Assembly: GCA_041178425.1 (NCBI GenBank)
Contig: JBEGVH010000013.1
Location: forward strand, 10,556 to 74,555
Direction of reading: 5' to 3'
Source: Pseudomonadota bacterium
Lineage (GTDB): Bacteria > Bdellovibrionota > Bdellovibrionia > Bdellovibrionales > Bdellovibrionaceae
Length of the DNA: 64,000 nucleotides
The notes below the pieces were generated by a model. The model was not told the DNA's origin. It made no database searches and worked only from the letters and a program-made list of their open reading frames with translations. Shown here one piece after another: positions 18,622 to 28,082 of this stretch. Numbering within the stretch: the stretch's first letter is position 1; every line of letters starts with the position of its first letter. The translations under genes and the position numbers were made by a program.

Positions 18622-19398
18622 ATGGCACAGAGAAGTATTATTAAGGCTGAAAATGCTTTTAAAGAGATTTTGAGGTTTGAACCACAAAAGCTGGTCACGT
18701 CAAATCCGGAAGCAATCGACGATTTTATCAAATCGAGCGATAATAATCCTGATTTTCAGGTCGCAGAAGTGGTACGTAACTTTACCGGTCTCGCGGAAAT
18801 TGAAGAAGAGAGAATGGAAAGTGAAATCCAAAAGAAAGCTTTGCTTGAATTAAAATCAATTCAAGAGCAAGCCTACTCCGAAGCTTTCGAAATCGGGATC
18901 GCCGAGGGCCGACGACAAGCTTTTGTTGAAACCTCTGAGCAAATTGAGACAAAACTTGATGAGCTAGATAAATTATTGAATTCAATTCGCTCTTCAAAAA
19001 TTCACTTTCTGAATAGCAACGAGCATCACTTAGTTAAAATGGTTTATTTCTTATCAACAAAGCTTGCTCTTTTTGAGGTTTCGGAAAGATCCCAAGAGGC
19101 CATTCTTTCTGTTTTGCGATCTGCCGTTAGTGCTTCTCACGGAGATGAAACTGTTCGCGTGAGCGTATCTCCTGATCAGATAGATTTTCTCGAGGTCTTG
19201 CAGAAGGAAAAAAGTAGAGATCTCGATTTTTTGAAAAATGTGGAACTTACACCACAAGAGGGAATCCGTCCGGGTGGTTGTATTATTACCACTAATTACT
19301 CAGAAGTGGATGCAAGGATTGAGGAAAGAATCAATAAGCTTTGGGAGGAAATTAAGGGAGCTATTCCACCCATCAAGGAAGTGATGACGAATGAATAA
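18622..19398 (+). CDS. fliH: Flagellar assembly protein FliH
   Basis: Position between fliG and fliI; AxxxA/GxxxG repeats; C-terminal GGCIITT..VDARIE. Confidence 0.88.
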   Translation: MAQRSIIKAENAFKEILRFEPQKLVTSNPEAIDDFIKSSDNNPDFQVAEVVRNFTGLAEIEEERMESEIQKKALLELKSIQEQAYSEAFEIGIAEGRRQAFVETSEQIETKLDELDKLLNSIRSSKIHFLNSNEHHLVKMVYFLSTKLALFEVSERSQEAILSVLRSAVSASHGDETVRVSVSPDQIDFLEVLQKEKSRDLDFLKNVELTPQEGIRPGGCIITTNYSEVDARIEERINKLWEEIKGAIPPIKEVMTNE

Positions 19399-20722
19399 TA
19401 ACGAGTGGCACCTTGATCTTGAGAAATACCGCCAGTTGTTAGCGGGCCAACATTTTACCCGCGACAGTGGTAAGGTTTTAGAGGTTACGGGCCTTGTTAT
19501 AAAAGCAAGTTTACCGGGCGCCAGCGTCGGAAGTATTGTGGTGGTAGAACCACAGGGTGGTGAGAATCCCTTTTGGGCAGAAGTCATCGGATTTAAAGAT
19601 CAGAATGTTTTAATGATGCCCCTAGGACCAATGCAAGGTGTAAACTTTGGCGCGCGCGTGACCCTAGCAAAGCAAGTGGCGACGGTGAGAATTGGAAACA
19701 ATATTTTGGGTCGCACCCTCGACGGTCTCGGACAACCAATCGATGGCCTGGGTGCAATGGAGCAACCAAGGGAGCTGCCCCTTTATAAAGAGGTTAGAAA
19801 CCCCCTCGAAAGACGACCTATTCGTGAATCACTCGATTTGGGAATACGTTCAATTAATTCTGCGCTGACGGTAGGTAGAGGCCAGCGGGTTGGTATCATG
19901 GCCGGTTCTGGAGTTGGTAAGTCTGTTCTTCTTGGCATGATGGCTCGCTATACAGAAGCTGATATTAACGTGATTGCGCTCATCGGTGAACGAGGTCGTG
20001 AATTGAGGGAGTTTATTGAGGACGATCTCGGACCTGAAGGGCTCAAAAAATCAGTTATTGTTGTTGCAACCAGCGATCAGGGCCCACTCATAAGAATGAG
20101 GGGTGCTTATGTGGCTATGGCCATTGCCGAACACTTTTCTTCATTGGGCAAAAACGTTCTTTTTATGATGGACTCGGTCACGCGATATGCGATGGCCCAA
20201 AGAGAAGTTGGATTGAGTATTGGCGAGCCTCCAGCTTCAAAAGGCTATACCCCGAGCGTATTTTCGATGTTACCCAAACTTCTGGAGCGAGCAGGTTCAT
20301 TTGAAGGCGAAGGAAGTATCACGGGCCTCTATACTGTGCTGGTCGAGGGAGATGACATGGACGATCCGATTGGAGATGCGGTTCGGTCGATTGTCGATGG
20401 ACACTTTGTGCTTACCCGCAAATTAGCCCAGCAAGGACATTTTCCAGCCCTTGATATCTTGCAAAGTGCCAGTCGGGTGATGAGGAATGTTACGGATCGA
20501 CACCACCAGGAGTTAGCGAGAGATCTAAGGGAATTACTTGCGACCTACCGTGAGGCTGAGGATTTAATTAATATTGGAGCCTACCGCCAAGGCGCCAATC
20601 CGAAGATCGATCGAGCAGTAAGAATCATAGATCCGATTACGAACTTTCTTAGGCAAAGGGTTGAGGAAAAAGCGTCCTTCATGGAAACCCTTCAGCAGCT
20701 GCAGGAGATTTTGCAAGGCTAA
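19391..20722 (+). CDS. fliI: Flagellar export ATPase FliI
   Basis: AGSGVGKS, IGERGRE, MDSVTRYAMAQRE, DGHFVL. Confidence 0.96.
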   Translation: MNNNEWHLDLEKYRQLLAGQHFTRDSGKVLEVTGLVIKASLPGASVGSIVVVEPQGGENPFWAEVIGFKDQNVLMMPLGPMQGVNFGARVTLAKQVATVRIGNNILGRTLDGLGQPIDGLGAMEQPRELPLYKEVRNPLERRPIRESLDLGIRSINSALTVGRGQRVGIMAGSGVGKSVLLGMMARYTEADINVIALIGERGRELREFIEDDLGPEGLKKSVIVVATSDQGPLIRMRGAYVAMAIAEHFSSLGKNVLFMMDSVTRYAMAQREVGLSIGEPPASKGYTPSVFSMLPKLLERAGSFEGEGSITGLYTVLVEGDDMDDPIGDAVRSIVDGHFVLTRKLAQQGHFPALDILQSASRVMRNVTDRHHQELARDLRELLATYREAEDLINIGAYRQGANPKIDRAVRIIDPITNFLRQRVEEKASFMETLQQLQEILQG

Positions 20723-20743
20723 AGAGATTAACGGAAAGATAAA

Positions 20744-21199
20744 ATGGGATTCAAATTTAGATTACAAAAAGTTCTACATCATCGAAAGTCTGTTGAAAAT
20801 ATCGCACGCAAAGACTTTATGGAAGCCACTGCCGACCTAGAGGAGGCGAAGGGCACATTAAAAATGCTTTATGAACAAGTCGATTTAGCTCAAGAAGAAC
20901 GCCAGACACTGGTAGTCAGTGGGGGAAATCAAGGAGAGTCGCTCTGTCAAATTCATGATTACATCAAAGGTACAGAAATCAAAATTGAACGTCAAAAACT
21001 TGTTGTTCAAGAGAGGCAAGCGAAAGTCGAGAAAATGCAACTCGCTTTGCAGGAAGCAACGATTGAATATAAGATGATAGAAAAGCTGGAATCTCGCCAG
21101 CATGAGGATTATCGGCGAACGCAGAAAAAACTTGAGGAAAAAGATTTAACTGAAATGACAAACGCGAGATTTAATTTGAGGCGCCTGAATGAAAAATAG
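20744..21199 (+). CDS. fliJ: Flagellar export chaperone FliJ
   Basis: FKFRLQKVL N-terminus, coiled coil, follows fliI. Confidence 0.9.
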   Translation: MGFKFRLQKVLHHRKSVENIARKDFMEATADLEEAKGTLKMLYEQVDLAQEERQTLVVSGGNQGESLCQIHDYIKGTEIKIERQKLVVQERQAKVEKMQLALQEATIEYKMIEKLESRQHEDYRRTQKKLEEKDLTEMTNARFNLRRLNEK

Positions 21200-21950
21200 C
21201 TACGAAGATTTTTTTGAAAAAGCACAAAAGACAAAGGGAGTTCGTAAGAGCCTTCCCTTGGTTACAAAAAAAGTAATTAGGGCGAATAAGAATTCGGGCA
21301 GTAAAAGTTCAAAAGCTATGATCGTTTTTGTTGGTTTAGGGTTTATTTTGACAAGCCTTGGTACCATCTATTTTGAGGAAACAACCAAATTTCTTGGGCG
21401 CCTTGATATCAGTCTTTTCTCTTCGGCCTTAGCTGAAGATCATGGCGAAAAAAAGGAAGAACATTCCAGCTCTGCTGGTGAAAAGAAAAATGACGATGGC
21501 GCAAAGACCGAAGGAAAAAATCCAGGAAGTCAGCCCGCGACAGCGATAGATCCTGAAGAGATTGAATTAAATCACTTCGCAAAACTTCGTGAGCGAAAAA
21601 TTGAACTCGATAAAAGAGAAGAGAACCTGAACAAGATGGAGTCTGAAATTCAGCAGCAGAGGCAGGAAGTTGAGCACAAGCTTAAAGAGCTTGAGGATGT
21701 GCGACGAAAAATTAGCTCCGTTTTAGAAGAAAAAGTTGCTGCTGACGAACAGAAAGTTGAAAATCTAGTGAATTTCTATTCGAATATGAAAGCTCCTCAA
21801 GCAGCCAAAATTATTGAATCCATCGATGAAGACTTAGCTGTTCAAGTGATTGCAAAGATGAAAAAGAAAAATGCTGCGGATATCATGAATTTATTAAAGC
21901 CCGAAAAGGCTCAATCGATTTCAGAAAAATATGTTGGCTACAAAAAATAA
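21189..21950 (+). CDS. MotE/FlbB/YlxF-like flagellar protein (TM, coiled coil, MgtE_N-like domain)
   Basis: YSNMKAPQAAKII...MKKKNAADIMNLLKPEKA repeats; sits between fliJ and fliK. Confidence 0.8.
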   Translation: MKNSYEDFFEKAQKTKGVRKSLPLVTKKVIRANKNSGSKSSKAMIVFVGLGFILTSLGTIYFEETTKFLGRLDISLFSSALAEDHGEKKEEHSSSAGEKKNDDGAKTEGKNPGSQPATAIDPEEIELNHFAKLRERKIELDKREENLNKMESEIQQQRQEVEHKLKELEDVRRKISSVLEEKVAADEQKVENLVNFYSNMKAPQAAKIIESIDEDLAVQVIAKMKKKNAADIMNLLKPEKAQSISEKYVGYKK

Positions 21951-21965
21951 CACAAGGAGGTGTTG

Positions 21966-23726
21966 ATGCAAGTAGCACAGAATAACCTGGCTCCGCCCAG
22001 ACCAAATATGGTCAATGGGGTAGAGCCATTCAAAGAACAGACAGCGTCTGGTCAAATGGACTTCAAGTCTATGTTTGGTCAGAACATGTTTCAAGTGCCA
22101 GAGGGCGGAGGTGGACAGTTAAATCTTTTCTCCAAAGCGACCCCGAAAGGTTTGGATTCAAATCGAATGAAATTCGAAGGGAAGTCTCCTCGGGCACAAT
22201 CACCGTCGGCAAGTGCGGAAAGATCATCCGATCAAGTTGGTAAAACTGACCGTGAGGCAGACACCGCCAAGTCAAGCCGCGTAGATAAAAAACATACGGA
22301 TGGAAAAAAATTGGCTTCCCATAAAATCAAAGATTCTAGCCGTAAAACTGGTGCAGTTCAAAAGTTCATGGACTCTCTCGAGGGTGAACTTGGAATTTCA
22401 GCGGAGCGATTCTCTGCTGCCTTAGCGCAATTACCACCTGAAGTAAAAGCTATGCCCGTCGAGAAGTCGGCGGCTTACGTCATTGCTCAATTAGGTATAG
22501 GTTCAGCAGATCAAGAAGGCGCGACGAACGCTTACGTAAATTTGTTGCAAACTTCAGGTATTAATGGATTGGATGCCGAGGGAGCAAGCGGTGGACAAGG
22601 GGCAATTGACCTAAGTTCGCTTGGTTTAGACCAGTCGATAAAGCAAACAGATCGCCAAAAGTTGAATGCCACGATTGATGAGTTGAATCGACGTTTTTTT
22701 GAAACTGGAAAAAACCTTTCTGCTAACCGCTTACAAGGGTTGGAAGGTGGAAACCAGGCAACTGAGCTCAATGAGATGATGATTAATGATTCAACAGGAA
22801 GACTCAGTCGATTAGATGAGATGACCTCGGGAATTCAGGCTTCATCGCCCAATATGAGTTCTATGTCATTAAACGAGGTTGAGTCATTAGCCTTTTCTGA
22901 TGTCGATGAGGGTTCGCTAAAACTTGAATCAAACATGGAGAATTCACCGAAATTATGGTCCGTCGAAGAGTTACCCTTTTTGTTGAAGCAAAACGGTGCC
23001 GACGGGAATAGTTTTGAAAATTCCTTTGGACAGGGTGCTGACAACGGAGAAGCGTTCACATCGCAGTCGATGAGTGGCGAGCGTTTGGATAGTGCAGGAT
23101 TTGAGGGAAATCAATTCTTCAATGGTATGAGCGGCGCCACCAATTCTATGATCAAGAATCAAGCTTTGGCGAAGGGTGTGAGTTCACAAGTTGCAATAAA
23201 CTCTGAGGAGCGAATTGCGAACATCAACAAAGTTAGTGCAGCGACAGAATCCTTAGCAATCAAGGGTGGAGGAGAGCTTAAGGTTATGCTTACGCCAGAG
23301 GGGCTCGGAAACGTGCACCTTAAGGTAAAAATGCAGGATGGGAAACTGCAGGTCGAAATGAAGGCAGATAACCAAGAGTCGAAACAACTCATTGAAAGTA
23401 GTTTAAGTGAACTCAAGAATCAACTGAGCTCCCAAAAGCTTTCAATAGATTCTGTGAAGGTCGATATTGCCGGTGATTTTAATCGACAAGAATCAAATTC
23501 CCAATTGACCCAGCAGCAGTTTGACCTCGGAAGAGATCAAGCGCGCCAGTTTATGAATCAGTTTAGAGAGGGAAACTTCTCTCAGCGCCAATCACTTTTT
23601 GAAGTACCAGGTTTTAAGAACTATCGCTCTCAAAGAGAAGAGGCTTTAGCACCGATTTCTTCAGAGATTCGTCCAAGAGGATCGCTGAATGTTAATAAGG
23701 GCAATGGGGTCAATTTAGTAGCCTAA
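21966..23726 (+). CDS. fliK: Flagellar hook-length control protein FliK
   Basis: Long low-complexity N-terminus; C-terminal LTPEGLGNVHLKV..LIESSLSELKNQL; ATG 21966 follows SD GGAGG. Confidence 0.88.
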   Translation: MQVAQNNLAPPRPNMVNGVEPFKEQTASGQMDFKSMFGQNMFQVPEGGGGQLNLFSKATPKGLDSNRMKFEGKSPRAQSPSASAERSSDQVGKTDREADTAKSSRVDKKHTDGKKLASHKIKDSSRKTGAVQKFMDSLEGELGISAERFSAALAQLPPEVKAMPVEKSAAYVIAQLGIGSADQEGATNAYVNLLQTSGINGLDAEGASGGQGAIDLSSLGLDQSIKQTDRQKLNATIDELNRRFFETGKNLSANRLQGLEGGNQATELNEMMINDSTGRLSRLDEMTSGIQASSPNMSSMSLNEVESLAFSDVDEGSLKLESNMENSPKLWSVEELPFLLKQNGADGNSFENSFGQGADNGEAFTSQSMSGERLDSAGFEGNQFFNGMSGATNSMIKNQALAKGVSSQVAINSEERIANINKVSAATESLAIKGGGELKVMLTPEGLGNVHLKVKMQDGKLQVEMKADNQESKQLIESSLSELKNQLSSQKLSIDSVKVDIAGDFNRQESNSQLTQQQFDLGRDQARQFMNQFREGNFSQRQSLFEVPGFKNYRSQREEALAPISSEIRPRGSLNVNKGNGVNLVA

Positions 23727-23766
23727 ATTGAGATCTCAAGATGGGTAACGATCAAGGAGGATCGGA

Positions 23767-24726
23767 ATGGACATTAAGACGTCAACCAAAGCTTATGCTA
23801 ATCGCACGGACCCTGGTTTTATCTCAAAAAGTAGTGGGGTGAAAACGGAGAGCGCGACAGAGCTGTCCAAAATGGGCAGCGAGAGTGTTGGTGATACTCT
23901 TAATCGCATTGCCGATCCTCAGTGGGTTGATCCATCGAAGAAGCTAAGATCAACCGGAGACTCGACATTAGATAAAGATGCTTTCATGAAGTTGATGTTA
24001 ACTCAAATGAAGCACCAAGATCCGACGAACCCGATGCAAGCTCACGAGATGGCTGCGCAGCTAGCGTCATTTACGTCAGTCGAACAGTTACAAAATTTAA
24101 ATTCAACTCTAGACAGTATGAAAAAAGCGCAGGCACCTGCGCAACAATTTGAGGCCCTCAATTTGATTGGAAAATCTGTGGCTGGTGATAGTGCTCAATT
24201 GACTCGGGTCAAGGGCGATACGAACCATATGTTTCAATACAAACTATTGAAAGATGCTGCTGATGTGACACTCAAAGTTCAGAATGCTCAGGGTGAGACT
24301 GTTCGCACCGTGACGATGAAACAGTTAAAAGCTGGAGCAAATGGCTTCAATTGGAATGGCCAAGATGAAAATGGCGCTGTGCAACCACTTGGCGATTATA
24401 AGTTAGTTGTTGAAGCATCCGATAATTCTGGAAAAAAGGTGGGAGTTGAATCTCAGTTTGATGGCGTGATCACAGGGATTAACTTCTCTGGAGAAGGACC
24501 CCTCTTGATGGTAGGAAATCGTACGGTCAAGATGAGTGATGTGAGAAAAATTGTAGATCCAAATCTCAAGCAGGATGGCCAGAAAAGTGAAAAAAGTTTA
24601 ACTCCGGACTTGCAACAAGGAACGAATCAGAAGGAAACTGTGAAGAGCAACTTGAATAATGTCGCTATGTCTCGAGGAATGATTAATAAACTGGAGAGTG
24701 TGACAAAAAAAGATATTTCCCTATGA
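23767..24726 (+). CDS. flgD: Flagellar hook capping protein FlgD
   Basis: LDKDAFMKLMLTQMKHQDPTNP, AQLASFTSVEQLQNLN, FNWNGQD Ig-like domain. Confidence 0.94.
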   Translation: MDIKTSTKAYANRTDPGFISKSSGVKTESATELSKMGSESVGDTLNRIADPQWVDPSKKLRSTGDSTLDKDAFMKLMLTQMKHQDPTNPMQAHEMAAQLASFTSVEQLQNLNSTLDSMKKAQAPAQQFEALNLIGKSVAGDSAQLTRVKGDTNHMFQYKLLKDAADVTLKVQNAQGETVRTVTMKQLKAGANGFNWNGQDENGAVQPLGDYKLVVEASDNSGKKVGVESQFDGVITGINFSGEGPLLMVGNRTVKMSDVRKIVDPNLKQDGQKSEKSLTPDLQQGTNQKETVKSNLNNVAMSRGMINKLESVTKKDISL

Positions 24727-24730
24727 GGCA

Positions 24731-25156
24731 GTGATTAACATGTCAATGGATATAAAAAAAGTAGGACTTCTCGATGGCGGATTAGCCAAAACGGGTGGAC
24801 CTCTAACAGGAAACAAAATTGGTGGAGGGCCAAGTTTTCAGGAGACTCTAGCGGGATTAGAAAAGGTCGGCGAGCAAAAAGCTGGCTCAACAATGAGCTC
24901 AAGTGCGCTTAAGTTTTCTAATCATGCTATCGAGAGAATGAGAAGTAGAGGAGTGACCTTCACTCCGGAACAGATGAATAAAATTGAATCCGCTGTGAAG
25001 AAAGCAGCTGATAAGGGAGGAAAAGACTCTTTAGTTTTGATGAACGAAACGGCTCTGATTGTTAGCGTGAAAAACAATACAGTCGTTACTGTTGTGGACA
25101 AGGCTTCCTTAAAGGAAAATGTGTTTACAAATATTGATTCAACAATTGTTTTATAA
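24731..25156 (+). CDS. TIGR02530-type putative flagellar operon protein
   Basis: LKFSNHAIERMRSRGV, KGGKDSLVL, ALIVSVKNNTVVT, NVFTNIDS; located between flgD and flgE. Confidence 0.85.
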   Translation: MINMSMDIKKVGLLDGGLAKTGGPLTGNKIGGGPSFQETLAGLEKVGEQKAGSTMSSSALKFSNHAIERMRSRGVTFTPEQMNKIESAVKKAADKGGKDSLVLMNETALIVSVKNNTVVTVVDKASLKENVFTNIDSTIVL

Positions 25157-25169
25157 AATTATTTAATTT

Positions 25170-25245
25170 GAGAGCTGGTCCCGCAAGGGGAGCTCTCCAT
25201 AAAAAGAGACCGATTGATTGACGTCTCTGACAACATGGAGGTTGT
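25170..25245 (+). promoter_or_regulatory. Structured flgE 5' leader (candidate cis-regulatory RNA)
   Basis: Three hairpins: GAGAGCT..CCC-GCAA-GGG..AGCTCTC; AGAGAC-12nt-GTCTCT; ACAAC-ATGGAG-GTTGT over the SD. Confidence 0.6.
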
Positions 25246-26532
25246 ATGGGTTTATTATCTTCACTTTACGCGGGTGTTTCTGGTATGAACGCCCAAGGTG
25301 AGGCGCTAGGGGTTATTGGTGATAATATCGCAAACGCCAATACCACTGGTTACAAGGCAAGTAGAACAGAATTCCAGGACATTATTTCAAAGAGCTTAAA
25401 AGGGATTCTTGGTGGTAACCAAGTTGGTCGAGGTGTTAAAATTGGTGGCGTTAATCCAATTCTAGCTCAAGGAAACGTTGACCCGACGGAAAAATCAACT
25501 GACTTAGCTATTTCAGGTGATGGATATTTCGTTCTAAAAGGGGTGGATGGACAGTCGTTTACTCGTGACGGCACTTTTCACTTTGATAAAGAAGGTTATT
25601 TGGTTAACTCCGATAATATGAGAGTGCAGGGCTTTGAGGCTGATGAAAACTCTCGAATTTTGAATAAACTCGGAGATATTCGTTTTCCAAAAGTATTAAC
25701 TCCAGCAAAACCGACAACTAAAATCCGAATGGATATGAACCTTGATTCGAGAGCTGATACGACACGTAAGTTTGATGAAGCTGATCCCTTTATTAGCTGT
25801 CACTTTTCAAACGGTGTTGAGCTGTATGACTCCCAAGGTAACAAGCACTTAATGACCACTTTTTTCAATAAGGTTGGTGATGGAGAGTGGGAATACCGAG
25901 GAATGGTTGACGGTAAAGAAGTCACAGGAGGCGACCCTGGTAAATTAAAGACCGTTTGTGAAGGTCGCCTTAAGTTTAACGTTGATGGTCTTCTCGAAAC
26001 CGAAGAAATTACCAAAAGCGCCTTTAACTTTAAGGGGGGCGCGCTTCAAGATCAAAAAATTAAAATTGATTTTGGGGATTCCATAAAAACAGATGGTGGT
26101 AAAGGTGCCGAGGGAACCAAGCAATATGGTCGAGATTCAGATCTTATCACTTGGCAGCAAGATGGTGCGGCAGCTGGTACAATTACTAACATGTCATTCA
26201 ATGACCAAGGAATTTTAACAGTTCTTTACTCGAACGGTGAGGCGAGAGATTTAGCGCAAGTGTGTTTGGCAAAATTTGAAAACCCTGAAAGTTTATTTAA
26301 AATTGGTAACAACCGATTGAAAGCCTCAAGGGAAGCGGGAACTCCATCAATAGGTATTTCAGGTCAAGGTGGCCGAGGTATCCTGTTTGCAAAGAGCTTG
26401 GAACGTTCAACCGTCGACTTGGGTACCGAGTTCGTGAGTTTGATTCAAACGCAAAGAGGTTTCCAATCAAACGCTAAAACAATTACAACAACTGACCAGC
26501 TCCTAGAGGAAGTTCTTAATTTAAAGAGATAG
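25246..26532 (+). CDS. flgE: Flagellar hook protein FlgE
   Basis: IGDNIANANTTGYK, DLAISGDGYF, TRDGTF, YDSQG (FlaE domain), LERSTVDL..QRGFQSNAKTITT. Confidence 0.95.
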   Translation: MGLLSSLYAGVSGMNAQGEALGVIGDNIANANTTGYKASRTEFQDIISKSLKGILGGNQVGRGVKIGGVNPILAQGNVDPTEKSTDLAISGDGYFVLKGVDGQSFTRDGTFHFDKEGYLVNSDNMRVQGFEADENSRILNKLGDIRFPKVLTPAKPTTKIRMDMNLDSRADTTRKFDEADPFISCHFSNGVELYDSQGNKHLMTTFFNKVGDGEWEYRGMVDGKEVTGGDPGKLKTVCEGRLKFNVDGLLETEEITKSAFNFKGGALQDQKIKIDFGDSIKTDGGKGAEGTKQYGRDSDLITWQQDGAAAGTITNMSFNDQGILTVLYSNGEARDLAQVCLAKFENPESLFKIGNNRLKASREAGTPSIGISGQGGRGILFAKSLERSTVDLGTEFVSLIQTQRGFQSNAKTITTTDQLLEEVLNLKR

Positions 26533-26560
26533 TAGTCTGAGCTTTCGGTAAAATCTTAGA

Positions 26561-26598
26561 AAATTGAGGAGCAGCATTGTCTGCTCCTCAATTTTTTT
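26561..26598 (+). terminator. Intrinsic terminator of the flagellar operon
   Basis: AAATTGAGGAGCAG-CATTGT-CTGCTCCTCAATTT followed by a T-run. Confidence 0.85.
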
Positions 26599-26632
26599 GA
26601 CAATTAAAGTAGAAAAAGGCAGCAATAAAAAG

Positions 26633-27430
26633 ATGAATTTATCATTTTTTTTTCTATTTCTATTGGGTTTAGCCTACTGTTTTTTTCGTTTTTTTCATAA
26701 CTGGAGACCTGACCCGTGGCCTTCGACGGATTTGTCATTACCCAAGTGGCAGGTCCATCGAGGGTACTGGGTTGAGGGACTTCAAGAAAACACACTAGAG
26801 TCTTTTCGGCTGGCGGAGAAAAAAGGTCTCAAGATGGTTGAGCTGGATGTTCAGTTGAGCGGCGATGGAGTACCGGTTGTTTTTCACGACGTAAACCTGG
26901 AGCGTTTGGCTGGTCGGAAAGAGCGAGTTGATGAACTGACCGCTGAAGAAATCGGAAAGTTTGCTAACGCGCCAACATTACGTGAAGTTCTTGGAGACAA
27001 AGAAATTGTTCCATTTATTAATATTGAATTAAAATGTAAAACGGTTAGAGATCAAAGGTTAGCCAAAGCGGTGGCGAGAGTTGTGAGAGACGCTGGCGCC
27101 GAACGAAGAATTATCTTTTCTAGTTTTAATCCAGCCACCCTTCGAGCTTTGTGGCGGGAGTTACCTGAAGTGCCCAGAGCATTATTAGCCACCGACGACC
27201 AGTCGGATCCTGATAGTAGTATTTATTTAAGAAAACTATGGTTGGGTGGGTGGGCTCATGCACACATGCTCAATTTAGATAAAAAAATGATAACATCTAG
27301 TTTGATGAAGCGTCTCTCGGAGCGAAAAATTCCAGTGGCTGTCTGGACTGTGAATGACCAGCAGGCGGCAGAGCTTCTTATTAACAAGGGTGTTATAAGT
27401 ATAATTAGCGATCGCCCGGAGGTGAATTAA
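26633..27430 (+). CDS. Glycerophosphodiester phosphodiesterase, N-terminal membrane anchor
   Basis: HRG, ENTLESF, ELDVQLSGDG..VFHD, NIELK, SSFN, VWTVN, ISDRP; start moved to ATG 26633, downstream of the terminator. Confidence 0.88.
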   Translation: MNLSFFFLFLLGLAYCFFRFFHNWRPDPWPSTDLSLPKWQVHRGYWVEGLQENTLESFRLAEKKGLKMVELDVQLSGDGVPVVFHDVNLERLAGRKERVDELTAEEIGKFANAPTLREVLGDKEIVPFINIELKCKTVRDQRLAKAVARVVRDAGAERRIIFSSFNPATLRALWRELPEVPRALLATDDQSDPDSSIYLRKLWLGGWAHAHMLNLDKKMITSSLMKRLSERKIPVAVWTVNDQQAAELLINKGVISIISDRPEVN

Positions 27431-28082
27431 TTAGGTGATCAAAAATCTGAGGGATGGGAGCGAGAATTTCGAAGCTATCCTCGTTTACCGAAAAGATTAA
27501 TCTTTCTGCATGAAGAAGCATTCTTTTAAATCCGTAAAGGTCGAAGATCTTTTCATTGTATTTTTTATCGTTATAACGACTGTCACCAAGAATAGGGTGT
27601 TTTGCTAAAGCAGCATGTTTGCGAATTTGATGTTGTCTTCCAGTATGTATGACGGCGCTAATTTTGGTAAAATAGCGATTATTTTTTTGAATAGTGACTA
27701 CCGTTTTGGCGTCTAATCTATTTTGACGCATTCCCTGAGGATTCTGGCGGCCCTCTGCTTTATCTGAGATCGGCGCATTCCAATCAAGCGTTGATGACAT
27801 ATCATTGCATTGAAGAGAGCCCCTTAAAATAGCGCAATATGTTTTTTCGGTTTTTGGTTGGGCCAAGCTTACCATTAGAAGGTGAGCTGCTCTGGAATTT
27901 TTAGCTAATAGTAGTACGCCGCTTGTTTCCTTGTCTAAGCGATGAACAAGATGCAGCCCTTTTCCCATCAGTTGAAGAACATTTGATCCTGAGGAGTCTT
28001 CGTTGTGTGCACTTATGCTCGTTGGTTTGTCGATGGCAATAAAATCACTATTTTCTGCAAGCACCGTAATTTCATTATTCAT
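27405..28082 (-). CDS. RluA-family pseudouridine synthase
   Basis: IDKP, HRLDKETSG, TGRQHQIRKH, HPILGD.RY, LHA. Confidence 0.92.
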   Translation of the reverse strand: MNNEITVLAENSDFIAIDKPTSISAHNEDSSGSNVLQLMGKGLHLVHRLDKETSGVLLLAKNSRAAHLLMVSLAQPKTEKTYCAILRGSLQCNDMSSTLDWNAPISDKAEGRQNPQGMRQNRLDAKTVVTIQKNNRYFTKISAVIHTGRQHQIRKHAALAKHPILGDSRYNDKKYNEKIFDLYGFKRMLLHAERLIFSVNEDSFEILAPIPQIFDHLINSPPGDR

